Source of the DNA: a virus
DNA: 64,000 nt
IMG/VR virus record: IMGVR_UViG_3300011115_001056
Span: 68,564 to 132,563 of that record
Reading direction: 5' to 3' (one strand)
The notes beneath the pieces are model-generated. The model had not been told where the DNA came from. It searched no databases and worked only from the letters and a program-made list of their open reading frames with translations. The position numbers and the translations under genes were made by a program. This document shows, piece after piece, positions 31,400 through 41,399 of the stretch; position 1 is the first letter of the stretch, and every line of letters begins with the position of its first letter.

Positions 31400-31697
31400 A
31401 CTAATAAAGGTAGAGAGAAAAGAATATACCAAGATAGATGATAATAGTTTTATGTCTTTCCTGTTGGAAGAACATAATAGATGCTTATCTACTAGATCTC
31501 AGAATATACATGTAGATAATAATTCTATACCTAGCGCCTCATCCGAAAGCAAAAAAGAATTTGATTTTTTTTGGGACGAAAAGAAAGAGTCGGCTCGAAA
31601 AGATGCCATTTATGATTTAGAACATAGTATTATTGAAAGACCAGTAATTCAAAATGAAGAGCAGGTTGTGGATCGCAGAAGATCTAAACGGAAGTAG
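31389..31697 (+). CDS. Hypothetical protein
   Basis: 102 aa ORF overlapping the end of gmd and filling the gap before the helicase. Confidence 0.5.
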   Translation: MGFKLIKVERKEYTKIDDNSFMSFLLEEHNRCLSTRSQNIHVDNNSIPSASSESKKEFDFFWDEKKESARKDAIYDLEHSIIERPVIQNEEQVVDRRRSKRK

Positions 31698-31699
31698 TC

Positions 31700-33250
31700 T
31701 TGATTACCATAAAAGTCACCAATACAAAATGCCAAATCCTGGGGCTATCAGATCAAAAGATGATAAAAATCTTGGATCACGAGCTTAGCTACCAGCTGGC
31801 GGGGTATGACTTTGCTGCAACCGCAGGCCGAATCTACTCGGGCTGGGACGGCAGGGTTCGCCTTATGGACAAGAAGCTACAGTTTCCGGTTGGACTTCTC
31901 AAACGTGCTGGCAAGGCTATGATCGAAGAGGGATTTGAAGTTCAAGTAGAGGATTTGCGAGATGAACCAAAGGGTAAGTTGATTCCACTTAATCCCTCCT
32001 TTAAGGCTAGAGACTATCAGCTAGAGGTTGTAGATCTTGCCGAAAAGAAGGGCTCCGGAATTATCAGAATGTGTACCGGCTCAGGCAAGACATCAGTAAT
32101 CGCTATGTTGGCAGGAAGATTTAACGTCAAGACTGTCATCTATGTTATCGGTATAGAACTCCTATATCAAATGAAGGAAACGATAGAAAGAGTCCTCCGC
32201 GTTAAGTGCGGAGTTATTGGGGATGGAATATGCGATATCCAGCCTAATGGAATTAATATCTGCACTATCTGGACTGCAGCCCAAGCCTTTGGAGAGAAGA
32301 TAGAGCTAATTGATTGTGACGTTACGGCCTCAGCCAAGTACAAGCCCGGAGCAATTCAAAAGGGAAAAATTCAAAAGATGGTACATGAGGCAGAACTATT
32401 TGTCCTAGATGAATGCCAGTATGCTGCCTCAAAGTCTCTTCAATTCATTCATAGGGTATCTGTCAATTCCAGATATAGATTTCTTCTGTCTGGAACTCCA
32501 TGGAGAGAGATGGGTGACGATCTTTTGATCGAAGCTGTTTCTGGTCCTAAGTTTTATGATCTTCCTGCTTCAAAATTGATTGCAGAGGGGGTGCTTGTTC
32601 CGCCCAAGATATACTTTATGAGCGTTCCTAAGATGAAGAATCTACATGGAACATATGCTGAGGTTTATAATGCATATGTTATGAGGAACGTCACTAGAAA
32701 TAAGATGATTTTTGATGCTACCAAGACTTTGGTAGACGCTGGAAAAAGAGTTCTAGTTTTAATATCGAAGGTAGAACACGGACAGATTTTGCTGGATATG
32801 ATGAAAGATCAGTTTAGGGTTGATGCCCTAAACGGATCCTCTACTACCGAAAGCAGAATGTCTGCAATTCAAAATATGCGCGATGGAAAGGTAGACGTTC
32901 TTATTGCCTCCAAAATATTCGACCAAGGCATTGACATTCCAGAATTAGATGCACTTATCCTTGCAGGGTCTGGGAAATCTTCTGCTAGAGCACTTCAGCG
33001 AATCGGAAGAGTTATCAGATCCTACCCAGGAAAGAAGTGGGCCAATGTTATTGAGTTTTGGGACAACGCCAAGTATCTAGAGTCTCACTCCACCGCGAGA
33101 TTAAAAATTTACAAAAGTGAGCCCGGTTTTCAAATTAAGATTGAAGAGCGTACAATGGTAGACGAGGAGGCTCCGGCCCTAAAGCCCAAGAGTAAAAAAA
33201 ATGACAGAAGAAGAGTTTTACCAGAAGATTCCGACATGGATTGGAGCTGA
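31700..33250 (+). CDS. Superfamily 2 DEAD/DEAH-like helicase (UvsW/Rad25-like)
   Basis: RDYQ, TGSGKT, DECQ, LSGTP, FDQGIDIP and QRIGRVIR motifs; TTG start. Confidence 0.9.
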   Translation: MITIKVTNTKCQILGLSDQKMIKILDHELSYQLAGYDFAATAGRIYSGWDGRVRLMDKKLQFPVGLLKRAGKAMIEEGFEVQVEDLRDEPKGKLIPLNPSFKARDYQLEVVDLAEKKGSGIIRMCTGSGKTSVIAMLAGRFNVKTVIYVIGIELLYQMKETIERVLRVKCGVIGDGICDIQPNGINICTIWTAAQAFGEKIELIDCDVTASAKYKPGAIQKGKIQKMVHEAELFVLDECQYAASKSLQFIHRVSVNSRYRFLLSGTPWREMGDDLLIEAVSGPKFYDLPASKLIAEGVLVPPKIYFMSVPKMKNLHGTYAEVYNAYVMRNVTRNKMIFDATKTLVDAGKRVLVLISKVEHGQILLDMMKDQFRVDALNGSSTTESRMSAIQNMRDGKVDVLIASKIFDQGIDIPELDALILAGSGKSSARALQRIGRVIRSYPGKKWANVIEFWDNAKYLESHSTARLKIYKSEPGFQIKIEERTMVDEEAPALKPKSKKNDRRRVLPEDSDMDWS

Positions 33251-33794
33251 TCGCTCTAGCTGGAATCATATAACCTTATTTGCTTATTTTTGCCATAAGT
33301 ATGAGCAAAAGACTGGAGTTAGATTCAAGATGGTCAGGTCAAAAGCAGGACCGACCTCTACAAAGGAAACCCGAGATTTTGCAAAAATTGTTAAGGGATT
33401 TTGTTCCGATGAATGGGATGATCTTCCGGAAGGTCCAAAGTCCGAGGAAAAATCTTTTGCCTTAAATAAGGCTTACAACTACATTAATTGGATGTTTGAT
33501 TATAAGTATAGAAGTTCACCCGCCGTCTCCGGATCTCAGGTTTTTCTGGTACCATCGGTGATGAACGAGTTCGAAAGAATGTACGCAGCACACCTAAGCA
33601 CAAAAAAATCCGAATCTGGAATAGAATCTCTTATCGTATGGATAAATAAAAATTATCCAGAGGCTTTAGATCAGTATCAGCTGGAAAGCAAAGAAGATCT
33701 TGCTTTGTTTGCCAAGTATGTTTCTAATCATCGCTCGCCAAGTCAAGAATGTAGAAAAATTTTGGAAAAAATCAAGGAGATGAATTTATTATGA
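33201..33794 (+). CDS. Hypothetical protein in the replication module
   Basis: 197 aa ORF overlapping both neighbours; no motif recognised. Confidence 0.6.
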   Translation: MTEEEFYQKIPTWIGADRSSWNHITLFAYFCHKYEQKTGVRFKMVRSKAGPTSTKETRDFAKIVKGFCSDEWDDLPEGPKSEEKSFALNKAYNYINWMFDYKYRSSPAVSGSQVFLVPSVMNEFERMYAAHLSTKKSESGIESLIVWINKNYPEALDQYQLESKEDLALFAKYVSNHRSPSQECRKILEKIKEMNLL

Positions 33795-34285
33795 GCAAGT
33801 CAAGCCTACTAGTCGGAAAGATGGTCAAAGCACTTGTAGATGGAGGCTGGGAGTTAACTGGAAAAGTAACTCATGATAAGGATGATAGAGTAGTTCTTGC
33901 TACCTCTGATGGAGAAACCCTCTTGGTCTTTAAAAAGAAGATATCTGCAATCCTTCTTCTAAAGGAAGAAGCCTCTATTCCAAACTCACCAAGAGATGCG
34001 GAGCAGGCCGAGGTTCCTACGCATGATAAAAACTTTGTGCTGTTTAAGCCCGGCAGGCCTGATGGTGGTAGAAAAAATACCACCAGATATCAGGAAGAGG
34101 ATGTAGATCCGGACGACCTGAGTGAAGGAGGAGTATCACTACCTCATGAGGTTCTTCTTTCTTCTCCTACTCAAACAAAGGTAACAACAAGATCGGATGA
34201 TGATGATTTTTCAATCTCCATGACATCTTTATTTGGTGGAAATAAAAGCAGAATTTCGGTGACATCTGATGACGACACAAAATAA
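33791..34285 (+). CDS. Putative Sm/Hfq-like protein with an acidic disordered tail
   Basis: N-terminal VKALVDGGWELTGKV...VVL...LLVFKKKISAILL resembles the Hfq Sm1/Sm2 motifs (e.g. MVYKHAISTV). Confidence 0.5.
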   Translation: MSKSSLLVGKMVKALVDGGWELTGKVTHDKDDRVVLATSDGETLLVFKKKISAILLLKEEASIPNSPRDAEQAEVPTHDKNFVLFKPGRPDGGRKNTTRYQEEDVDPDDLSEGGVSLPHEVLLSSPTQTKVTTRSDDDDFSISMTSLFGGNKSRISVTSDDDTK

Positions 34286-34943
34286 TAAAGTAGCGAGAGT
34301 GTGTGATGGAGTTCAGAAGTCATGTGAGGAGTGCGAGGGGTCTGGCTGCATAAAGTGTGCCAGAACAATATCGAGAATACAAAAATACTCTGAGGCAGGA
34401 ATTCCTGCAAGCTATTGGACCACCTCCTTTAATAATTTTAAAGGAGACGCCTCTTATGCAGAGCTTGTCAGAGATGTAATATCAAGCATAGACTCCGTAT
34501 ATGACTCTGGAAAATCATATATGTTTGCTGGACCGCTTGGAGTAGGAAAGACCTTTGGAATATCTTCCATTCTTAAGATGGCACTTTGCAAAGAATACTC
34601 TGCCAGATACTCTAGCATGGTGGAAGTTATCAATCAAATACTATCCGGCGGGAATTCAAATGCGGTTGCTGAGCTTCTTAAGTATGATTTCTTAGCCATT
34701 GATGAGTTTGACAACAGATGGATTTTTCCATCCGAGAAATCCGAACAAATTTTTGGCTCCACGATGGAGTATATTTTACGGAGCAGGTTCCAGAACGGGC
34801 TCCCTACCATCCTTGCTACAAACAACGCCGAGATTGACGATATCTTAACCGGCATGTATGGTAAGGCTTTTGCATCTCTAAGAAGCCAATATATGGAAAC
34901 TGTATTTTTATCTGGCAAAGACTTTAGAAAGAGGACTAAATGA
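34269..34943 (+). CDS. DnaC/IstB-like AAA+ helicase loader with N-terminal Cys cluster
   Basis: CEECEGSGCIKC, AGIP, GPLGVGKT, FLAIDE, TILATN and GKDFR motifs; directly upstream of dnaB. Confidence 0.8.
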   Translation: MTTQNNKVARVCDGVQKSCEECEGSGCIKCARTISRIQKYSEAGIPASYWTTSFNNFKGDASYAELVRDVISSIDSVYDSGKSYMFAGPLGVGKTFGISSILKMALCKEYSARYSSMVEVINQILSGGNSNAVAELLKYDFLAIDEFDNRWIFPSEKSEQIFGSTMEYILRSRFQNGLPTILATNNAEIDDILTGMYGKAFASLRSQYMETVFLSGKDFRKRTK

Positions 34944-36295
34944 TTGAATCTAAGATTTTGAATTGGATGCTTCGTGGACCAATTCAGCTTGCCGATGTCT
35001 ACAGAAGTATTGAACCAGGACTATTGCTGGAAGCCTTTAATAAAAATTATAAAGGTGTATTGAGAGCGATCCAAGATTATCAGAGCAAATATAAGACACC
35101 ACCATCTCCATCAATTCTTGCCGGAATGTTGGATGAGAGGGATCGTACAATCCTAGACTCAGTCTGTGATGATGATTGCGCTCAAAATGAGATTCAGTTC
35201 TATGTTGATGAACTGAAGAAGTCATTCAATAAGCACCTAGCTAATGAGTTGGCTAGGATTATTGAAGCTAGCGATGATAACCTTGGAAACATTAATCAGA
35301 ATCTTAGAAATGTCGTAGTTAAGATTGAAAAGCTAGGAAAAAATGCAGTCTTTTCTGAGGGAAACTTTCCTGACTCAGCGAAAGAGCGAGTGGATGATTA
35401 CCAGTATACAAGAAACAACCCAAATCAGGTGATGGGTGTATTCTCTGGATTTAAAAATCTAGATGATTATACTTGGGGTATTAAAAACTCAGAGATGATG
35501 ATTATCTCCGGAGCAACCTCCAGTGGAAAGAGCCTTCTTATGATGAACATGGGAGTCAATGCTTGGTTGGGCAGCAATGATCCTGCCAACTTTGATGGAA
35601 CCTATCTTGGTGACGGAAAGAATGTAGTCTACGTCACACTTGAGATGTCAAAGCGTCAACTAGAACAGCGTGTTGACGCAAATATTGCCAGAATTAGGCA
35701 TCGTTCCATTATGCGCGGAAGTCTAACAGATTCTGAGATGAAAGATTGGCAGAGATCTCTAGAGTTTCAAAAGGGATATGATAAGAAGTTCTATATTGTC
35801 GATATGCCACGAGGAACCAAGACTATGGAGATCGAGGCAAAATTTGATGCTATTATTGGACAGTTTAAGCCAGATCTTCTTTGTGTTGACTATTTGGGGA
35901 TTATGAAGCCCAACAAGTCCTATGGTGCGGACTGGGAGGATGTTGGTCATACTGCGGAGGACTTGCACGAGCTTTGCAGAAAAAAGAACATTCCTCTTAT
36001 CACCGCCGCCCAAAGAAAGGGAAGACTTCGTGGAGCAGGAAAGAATAAGGGAGAAAATATTGAAGACTCAGAAGAGATCGGAAGATCTAAAATGATTGGC
36101 GATAACGCCAACATCATTCTTTTGATTGAAAATAGAAATGAAGAGCATCTTCGCGAAGACATGATTGTTCATGTCACGAAGAATCGTGATGGTGCAAAGG
36201 GAAAAGTAGTTCTCCTAAAAGACTTTGAAAGATCAAGGGCAATTAGTGCTCCAGATGATTGGTCAGGTGGAGAGGATCTTGAAAATGAAGTATGA
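34940..36295 (+). CDS. dnaB: Replicative DNA helicase, DnaB-like
   Basis: SGFKNLD, GATSSGKS, TLEMS, VDYLGIM, TAAQ and KNRDG motifs. Confidence 0.9.
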   Translation: MIESKILNWMLRGPIQLADVYRSIEPGLLLEAFNKNYKGVLRAIQDYQSKYKTPPSPSILAGMLDERDRTILDSVCDDDCAQNEIQFYVDELKKSFNKHLANELARIIEASDDNLGNINQNLRNVVVKIEKLGKNAVFSEGNFPDSAKERVDDYQYTRNNPNQVMGVFSGFKNLDDYTWGIKNSEMMIISGATSSGKSLLMMNMGVNAWLGSNDPANFDGTYLGDGKNVVYVTLEMSKRQLEQRVDANIARIRHRSIMRGSLTDSEMKDWQRSLEFQKGYDKKFYIVDMPRGTKTMEIEAKFDAIIGQFKPDLLCVDYLGIMKPNKSYGADWEDVGHTAEDLHELCRKKNIPLITAAQRKGRLRGAGKNKGENIEDSEEIGRSKMIGDNANIILLIENRNEEHLREDMIVHVTKNRDGAKGKVVLLKDFERSRAISAPDDWSGGEDLENEV

Positions 36296-36596
36296 TGACC
36301 TAAAGGGATTTATAAAAAAACACGACTTCGTTGAACTCAGCACAAAATTTCAAAATAATTTAAATAAATGTTTGATAGTTGGGATGTCAAAAGACATCCT
36401 AAAGATTGCTATAATCTTAGAGGAAAATGAGGTCGCAGCAGTATCTCCGATAGTGGCCATACCTTATGAGATTTTATTAGAAGTGAATAAAATAGAGCCT
36501 CATAATCTACTTTTTTATTCAAATCTCAATAATTCCCACTTAGAAAAAGCCATTGTGAGTAAAAATAATAATAGAAGATCCAATGCCAAAATATAA
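36285..36596 (+). CDS. Hypothetical protein
   Basis: Probable start ATG 36285 (MKYDDLK), with GAGGA upstream, overlapping the end of dnaB. Confidence 0.5.
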   Translation: MKYDDLKGFIKKHDFVELSTKFQNNLNKCLIVGMSKDILKIAIILEENEVAAVSPIVAIPYEILLEVNKIEPHNLLFYSNLNNSHLEKAIVSKNNNRRSNAKI

Positions 36597-36879
36597 TTTT
36601 TCATGTCAAAATTGTAATAATAATCAACAAGACCAGCTCACTATCAGTGAGTATCAGTCTTTAAAAGATATTAATTATTTTTGTAATAGATGTGGATCCA
36701 AAGATCTAGTTAGAGTTTTTAAAAATACATATTCAAACATTGATCGAAACACTGAGGAAATACTGGCAGAAATAAAAGATGAAGTAAGAGCAACAGTTGA
36801 AAAGGTGAACTCTGGAGATATTTCATCAATTTCTGATATCTATGGTCAGGAGGTTAATAAGTTAAAGACGAAAGGCTGA
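36583..36879 (+). CDS. FmdB-like zinc-ribbon protein
   Basis: MPKYNFSCQNC...CNRCGSKDLVR matches the MPxYxYxCxxC...CxxCG pattern. Confidence 0.7.
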   Translation: MPKYNFSCQNCNNNQQDQLTISEYQSLKDINYFCNRCGSKDLVRVFKNTYSNIDRNTEEILAEIKDEVRATVEKVNSGDISSISDIYGQEVNKLKTKG

Positions 36880-36897
36880 ATAAAAATAGGAAATAAC

Positions 36898-38811
36898 ATG
36901 GCGGGTAAACTATCAATTCTATCAAATATCAATAAGTTTATCAAAGCTCAGGATGAGAAGCTTTGGACAGGAACTTTAGAGGACTATCTATCTCTAGTTG
37001 TTAAAAATCCCGCTATCCATATGACTTCCCATACTAGAGTTCTCAAAATGATTGAGAGCCATGGGTTTGAGAAGGATGCTTCTGGAAAAATTGTTAAATA
37101 TAATTTTTTCAAAGATGAGATCTTTGGAGTTGATTCATCTATTGATGAGATAGTCTCCTATCTTCGTGCTGCCGCAGCAGGCAGCGAGGTAGGCAGAAGA
37201 ATTCTCCTCATGTATGGTCCAACCTCCTCTGGAAAGTCTCAGCTAGCAATCATGCTTAAGAAGGGACTTGAGAAGTTCTCTCAGACTGAAGCTGGCTCCA
37301 TCTATGGTCTATCAGAGTCTCCGATGAACGAAGATCCCCTTACTGCCATTCCACATGAGCTTAGAGATGAGTTCTTAAAAGAATATGGTATTAAAATTGA
37401 GGGTGAGCTTAGCCCGCTTATGTCAATAATATTAAAAGAAAAGTACGCAGGAAATTTCCTAAAATTACCAGTCAGAAGATACTTCATCTCTGAAAAAAAT
37501 CGTGCTAGCATTGGAACCTTTGTGCCTTCTGATAAAAAGAGCCAAGACATTTCAGAGCTAATTGGATCAATGGACCTATCTACCGTGGGACAATACGGCT
37601 CCGAATCAGATCCAAGAGCTTACAAGTTCGATGGGGAACTTAATGTTGCCAATAGAGGCATCATGGAGTTCATCGAAATGCTTAAGGTCGATCAAAAGTT
37701 CCTTTATGTTCTTCTCACTTTGGCACAAGAAAAGAATATCAAAACTCCAAGATTCCCACTTATCTACGCCGATGAATTTCTGCTTTCTCATACCAATGAG
37801 AATGAATTCCGTAAGTTCTTAGCTAAAGAGGAAATGGAAGCACTTCATGACCGTATCATTGTAGTTAAGGTTCCATACAATCTTTCCGTTAATAATGAAG
37901 TAAAGATTTACGAAAAGCTTATTGCTCAGGCCGACTTTAATGGTGTCCACGTATCTCCCCATGCCCTATACTGTGCGGCAATGTTTGCCATCCTCTCTAG
38001 ACTAAAAGAGTCTGCAAATAAAAATCTTGACATAGTCACCAAAATGAAGCTCTATAATGGAGAATCAGTTGAGGGATTTACTGGAACTGATGTAACAAAT
38101 TTCATGGGAGAATATCACGACGAAGGCATGGGTGGAGTTTCTCCTCGTTATGTTATCAATAGAATTTCATCTATTCTCGCAGAAACTGGCGCAACCTGTA
38201 TTACTCCTATTGATGTTATCCGCTCTATTAGAGACGGGTTTAAGTCTAACGCAAAACTAGATTCAAAAGAAGTTTCTCGCCTAGAAGATCTTCTCACCAA
38301 AGTAATTGATGAATACTCAAAGATTTCAAAGAATGATGTGCAGAAAGCATTCTTCCTCAACTTCGAAGAGGAAGTCTCCAATCTTCTATCTAACTACCTA
38401 GAAAACGTCAATGCATTCCTTGATGGATCCAAGCTTGAAAATGATCTTGGTCAGCATGTTGAGCCAAACGAAAAGCTAATGAGAGCTATCGAAGAGAAGA
38501 TCCAAGTAACCGAATCTGGCAAGCGCTCTTTCCGTCAGGAAATAAGCCGCAAGATGGCAAGATCTGGCTCTCAGAACTCTGGAGTTCCAAACTACAAGGA
38601 TCACTTCAAGCTCCGTGAGGCTCTTGAGAAGCAACTCTTTGAAGAAAGACAGGACGTAATTAGACTTACCGTCAGCACCAGAATAACTGATGAGGGTGCA
38701 CTAAAGAAACTCAATGTTGTCATCAATACTCTCTGTGAAAAATATGGATACACTGCAGAATCAGCTAACAAACTTCTGAGATATGTTAGCTCTGTTATGG
38801 CTAGGACCTAA
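36898..38811 (+). CDS. prkA: PrkA/YeaG family AAA+ ATPase (annotated serine protein kinase)
   Basis: LLMYGPTSSGKS, SPMNEDPL, SESDPRAYKFDGELNVANRGIMEFIEMLK and EALHDR...VPYNL motifs. Confidence 0.93.
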   Translation: MAGKLSILSNINKFIKAQDEKLWTGTLEDYLSLVVKNPAIHMTSHTRVLKMIESHGFEKDASGKIVKYNFFKDEIFGVDSSIDEIVSYLRAAAAGSEVGRRILLMYGPTSSGKSQLAIMLKKGLEKFSQTEAGSIYGLSESPMNEDPLTAIPHELRDEFLKEYGIKIEGELSPLMSIILKEKYAGNFLKLPVRRYFISEKNRASIGTFVPSDKKSQDISELIGSMDLSTVGQYGSESDPRAYKFDGELNVANRGIMEFIEMLKVDQKFLYVLLTLAQEKNIKTPRFPLIYADEFLLSHTNENEFRKFLAKEEMEALHDRIIVVKVPYNLSVNNEVKIYEKLIAQADFNGVHVSPHALYCAAMFAILSRLKESANKNLDIVTKMKLYNGESVEGFTGTDVTNFMGEYHDEGMGGVSPRYVINRISSILAETGATCITPIDVIRSIRDGFKSNAKLDSKEVSRLEDLLTKVIDEYSKISKNDVQKAFFLNFEEEVSNLLSNYLENVNAFLDGSKLENDLGQHVEPNEKLMRAIEEKIQVTESGKRSFRQEISRKMARSGSQNSGVPNYKDHFKLREALEKQLFEERQDVIRLTVSTRITDEGALKKLNVVINTLCEKYGYTAESANKLLRYVSSVMART

Positions 38812-39971
38812 TGAGCAGCAAGGTCAATCGAGAGTTAAGTGATATCTGGAAGCTAAGGCAGAGAGGTAAACAAGACTCAGAGAGACATAAAGAGCTCTTA
38901 AAAAAGGCTATCAAAGAGAAGGGCAAGCATATTATCTCAGAATATAATATTGTCACTTCTGATGGTAGCAAAAAGGTGCGAGTTCCCGTCAAGGTTTTGG
39001 AGCCCTACAAACTAAAGTGGGGTCCATCCAACAAGTCTGATGGGACTGGCCAGGGTCTAGATGGAAAGCCAGGCCAGAAGTACCGTATAGGCAGCGGAAA
39101 GCCACAGCAGGGCTCTGGTGGTGAAGGCGAAGGTGAAGACGGCGAAATGCTTTTCGAGTCAGAGATTACTATCGATGAACTAGTAGATCATCTAATAAGA
39201 GAATTAAATTTGCCGTGGATGGAACCAAAGTCTACTTCTGAAATAGAAGTAGATAATGAGGAGTTAGTCTCTAGGGAGAAGAAAGGTATTTGGCCAAATG
39301 TAGATATGAGAAGAACCGTCATTCAGAATCTCAAGCGTAATGCCTCAAAGGGAGTACCTTACGTTGGAGACTTTAAGAAGGATGATCTTATTTATAAAAA
39401 TTGGGAAGAGCAAAAGGAATATGAGTCCCAAGCCGTAGTCTACCTGATGATGGACATAAGTGGATCCATGACCAAGGAGAGACAAAAGCTAGCAAAGACC
39501 TTTTATTTCTGGATGATTCAATTTATCAAAAGAAGATATAAGAGAATTAAAATTCATTGCATTGCTCATGATACAAAAGCAGTATTTGTTTCTGAGGAAG
39601 AGTTTTTTAAGACATCCGATGCAGGAGGAACTCTTTGCAGCTCTGCCTTTGAAGCTGCATATAATCATATGTCTGTAAACTACGATCCTGCTAGCTGGAA
39701 TATCTATGCTATGGAATTTTCAGATGGAGATAACTGGGGTGATGATAATAATAAGTGTCTAGAGATAATTAAGAAAATGGTGCCTATATGTAGCATGATT
39801 GGCTATGGAGAAGTAGCAGAAGAAGAGCAGCCATCTTGGTCAACACGAGGACTTCTTTCGTCTTTAATTAAAAATGCTTTTATAAAAGAACCAAAGGTAA
39901 TTACTGTAGACGTTAGAAATGATGATGCAGTATTTCCTGCCCTTCAAACTTTCTTTGGGGTGAAAAAATGA
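38811..39971 (+). CDS. yeaH: YeaH/YhbH (DUF444) vWA-domain protein
   Basis: D..RH...K.AIK, Gly-rich linker, ELNLP, MDISGSM (MIDAS), GGT..SSA and FSDGDNW motifs. Confidence 0.9.
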   Translation: MSSKVNRELSDIWKLRQRGKQDSERHKELLKKAIKEKGKHIISEYNIVTSDGSKKVRVPVKVLEPYKLKWGPSNKSDGTGQGLDGKPGQKYRIGSGKPQQGSGGEGEGEDGEMLFESEITIDELVDHLIRELNLPWMEPKSTSEIEVDNEELVSREKKGIWPNVDMRRTVIQNLKRNASKGVPYVGDFKKDDLIYKNWEEQKEYESQAVVYLMMDISGSMTKERQKLAKTFYFWMIQFIKRRYKRIKIHCIAHDTKAVFVSEEEFFKTSDAGGTLCSSAFEAAYNHMSVNYDPASWNIYAMEFSDGDNWGDDNNKCLEIIKKMVPICSMIGYGEVAEEEQPSWSTRGLLSSLIKNAFIKEPKVITVDVRNDDAVFPALQTFFGVKK

Positions 39972-41353
39972 GCAATTTAAATGACAGATTAAAAGAATTT
40001 GAAAGTATGGCAGATGATATTGGATTGACCCATTTTCCAATTGAATTTGAAATAGTTCCTCAAGATGTAATGCTAGAGGTCGTTACCTATGCGCTTCCTG
40101 CTAGGGCACGGCACTGGGTATACGGACAATCATATGATTATCAGAAGTATTCTGATGGTATGGGTTACTCCAAAATCTACGAAGTCATTATGAATAATGA
40201 TCCTTCCTACGCATTTATGCTGGATTCAAATTCTGACACCATCAATACGATGGTAATGGCACACTGTTTTGGTCATAGTCATTGCTTTAAGAATAACTAT
40301 CTTTTTCAAAATACTGACAGAAAGATGGTTTATAATGCAGCAGAGAGGGCACAAAGAATAACAGAATATGTTCAAAGGTATGGTATAGATAAAGTAGAAC
40401 ATACAATGAATATAGCTTTTGCCATAGATAAGCATATTGACTGGTCAAAGGGCGAAAATAGAATGGTCTATGGAAAGCCTAAGAAGATTATAAAAGAAGT
40501 AAAAAAGAAAGAATTTGATGATCTTTTAAATCCAAAGAAGCCTTCAAAGATTGAGATTATTCAAAATGGAAGCTTTCCTCCTCACCCAGAAAGTGATCTG
40601 CTTTGGTTTCTTTCTTCCTATGGTAACTTAGAGGATTGGCAGAAGGATATTTTTGAAATTATTCGTCAGGAGAGCTTTTATTTTTATCCTCAATATTCCA
40701 CAAAGATTCTCAATGAAGGAATCGCCTCTGTTATTCATGCAGAATTCATGTCAAAGCTTGATTCTCTTTCTCCAGAAGAACATCTTGATTTCTGTAGAGT
40801 TCATGAGAGAGTAGTTCAGCCTGGCGGAAATCCATTAAATATTAATCCTTACTTTTTAGGATTTACTATCCTTCAGGACATAAGGAAGCGGTGGGATAAT
40901 TATAAGTCTGCAGGAGAGTCTAGTATATCTGGTATGGAGAAGATGCTTGAGGTCGTATCTCAAGAAGATGATATTTCACTAATCAAAAATTATCTAACCA
41001 AAGAGCTTGTAGAAGAGATGAATCTTTTTGCATATAAGTCTGATAAAGATAAAACTGGAGATACCATCATTACTATCAAAAGTAGAAATCCAGATGATGT
41101 AGCAGAAAGTTTGACCAAAGATATGCATAATTATCGATCACCAGTCATCACAATAGAGAAGGCATCTTCAAATGGGATGGAGCTAATTCATCATCCTCAT
41201 AATGCAAAGACTCTTGATGAAAGAAATCTTTCAAAAGTTATGGAATATATTTATGAGCTTTGGGGCTCTCCAATTGATATGCAAACCATTGATGATCAAG
41301 GAGAAGTTGTTCACCATACCTACGACGAGGATGGATTCTCTGGCGAAGAATAA
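39968..41353 (+). CDS. spoVR: SpoVR/YcgB family protein
   Basis: HW.YG..Y, IYEVIMNNDPSYAF, AHCFGHSHCFKNN, TKILNEG.AS and NPY.LG motifs. Confidence 0.92.
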   Translation: MSNLNDRLKEFESMADDIGLTHFPIEFEIVPQDVMLEVVTYALPARARHWVYGQSYDYQKYSDGMGYSKIYEVIMNNDPSYAFMLDSNSDTINTMVMAHCFGHSHCFKNNYLFQNTDRKMVYNAAERAQRITEYVQRYGIDKVEHTMNIAFAIDKHIDWSKGENRMVYGKPKKIIKEVKKKEFDDLLNPKKPSKIEIIQNGSFPPHPESDLLWFLSSYGNLEDWQKDIFEIIRQESFYFYPQYSTKILNEGIASVIHAEFMSKLDSLSPEEHLDFCRVHERVVQPGGNPLNINPYFLGFTILQDIRKRWDNYKSAGESSISGMEKMLEVVSQEDDISLIKNYLTKELVEEMNLFAYKSDKDKTGDTIITIKSRNPDDVAESLTKDMHNYRSPVITIEKASSNGMELIHHPHNAKTLDERNLSKVMEYIYELWGSPIDMQTIDDQGEVVHHTYDEDGFSGEE

Positions 41354-41399
41354 TTAATTTCAACCAAGATCCTGCGTATTATCTTCCAGCGAGGATTTT

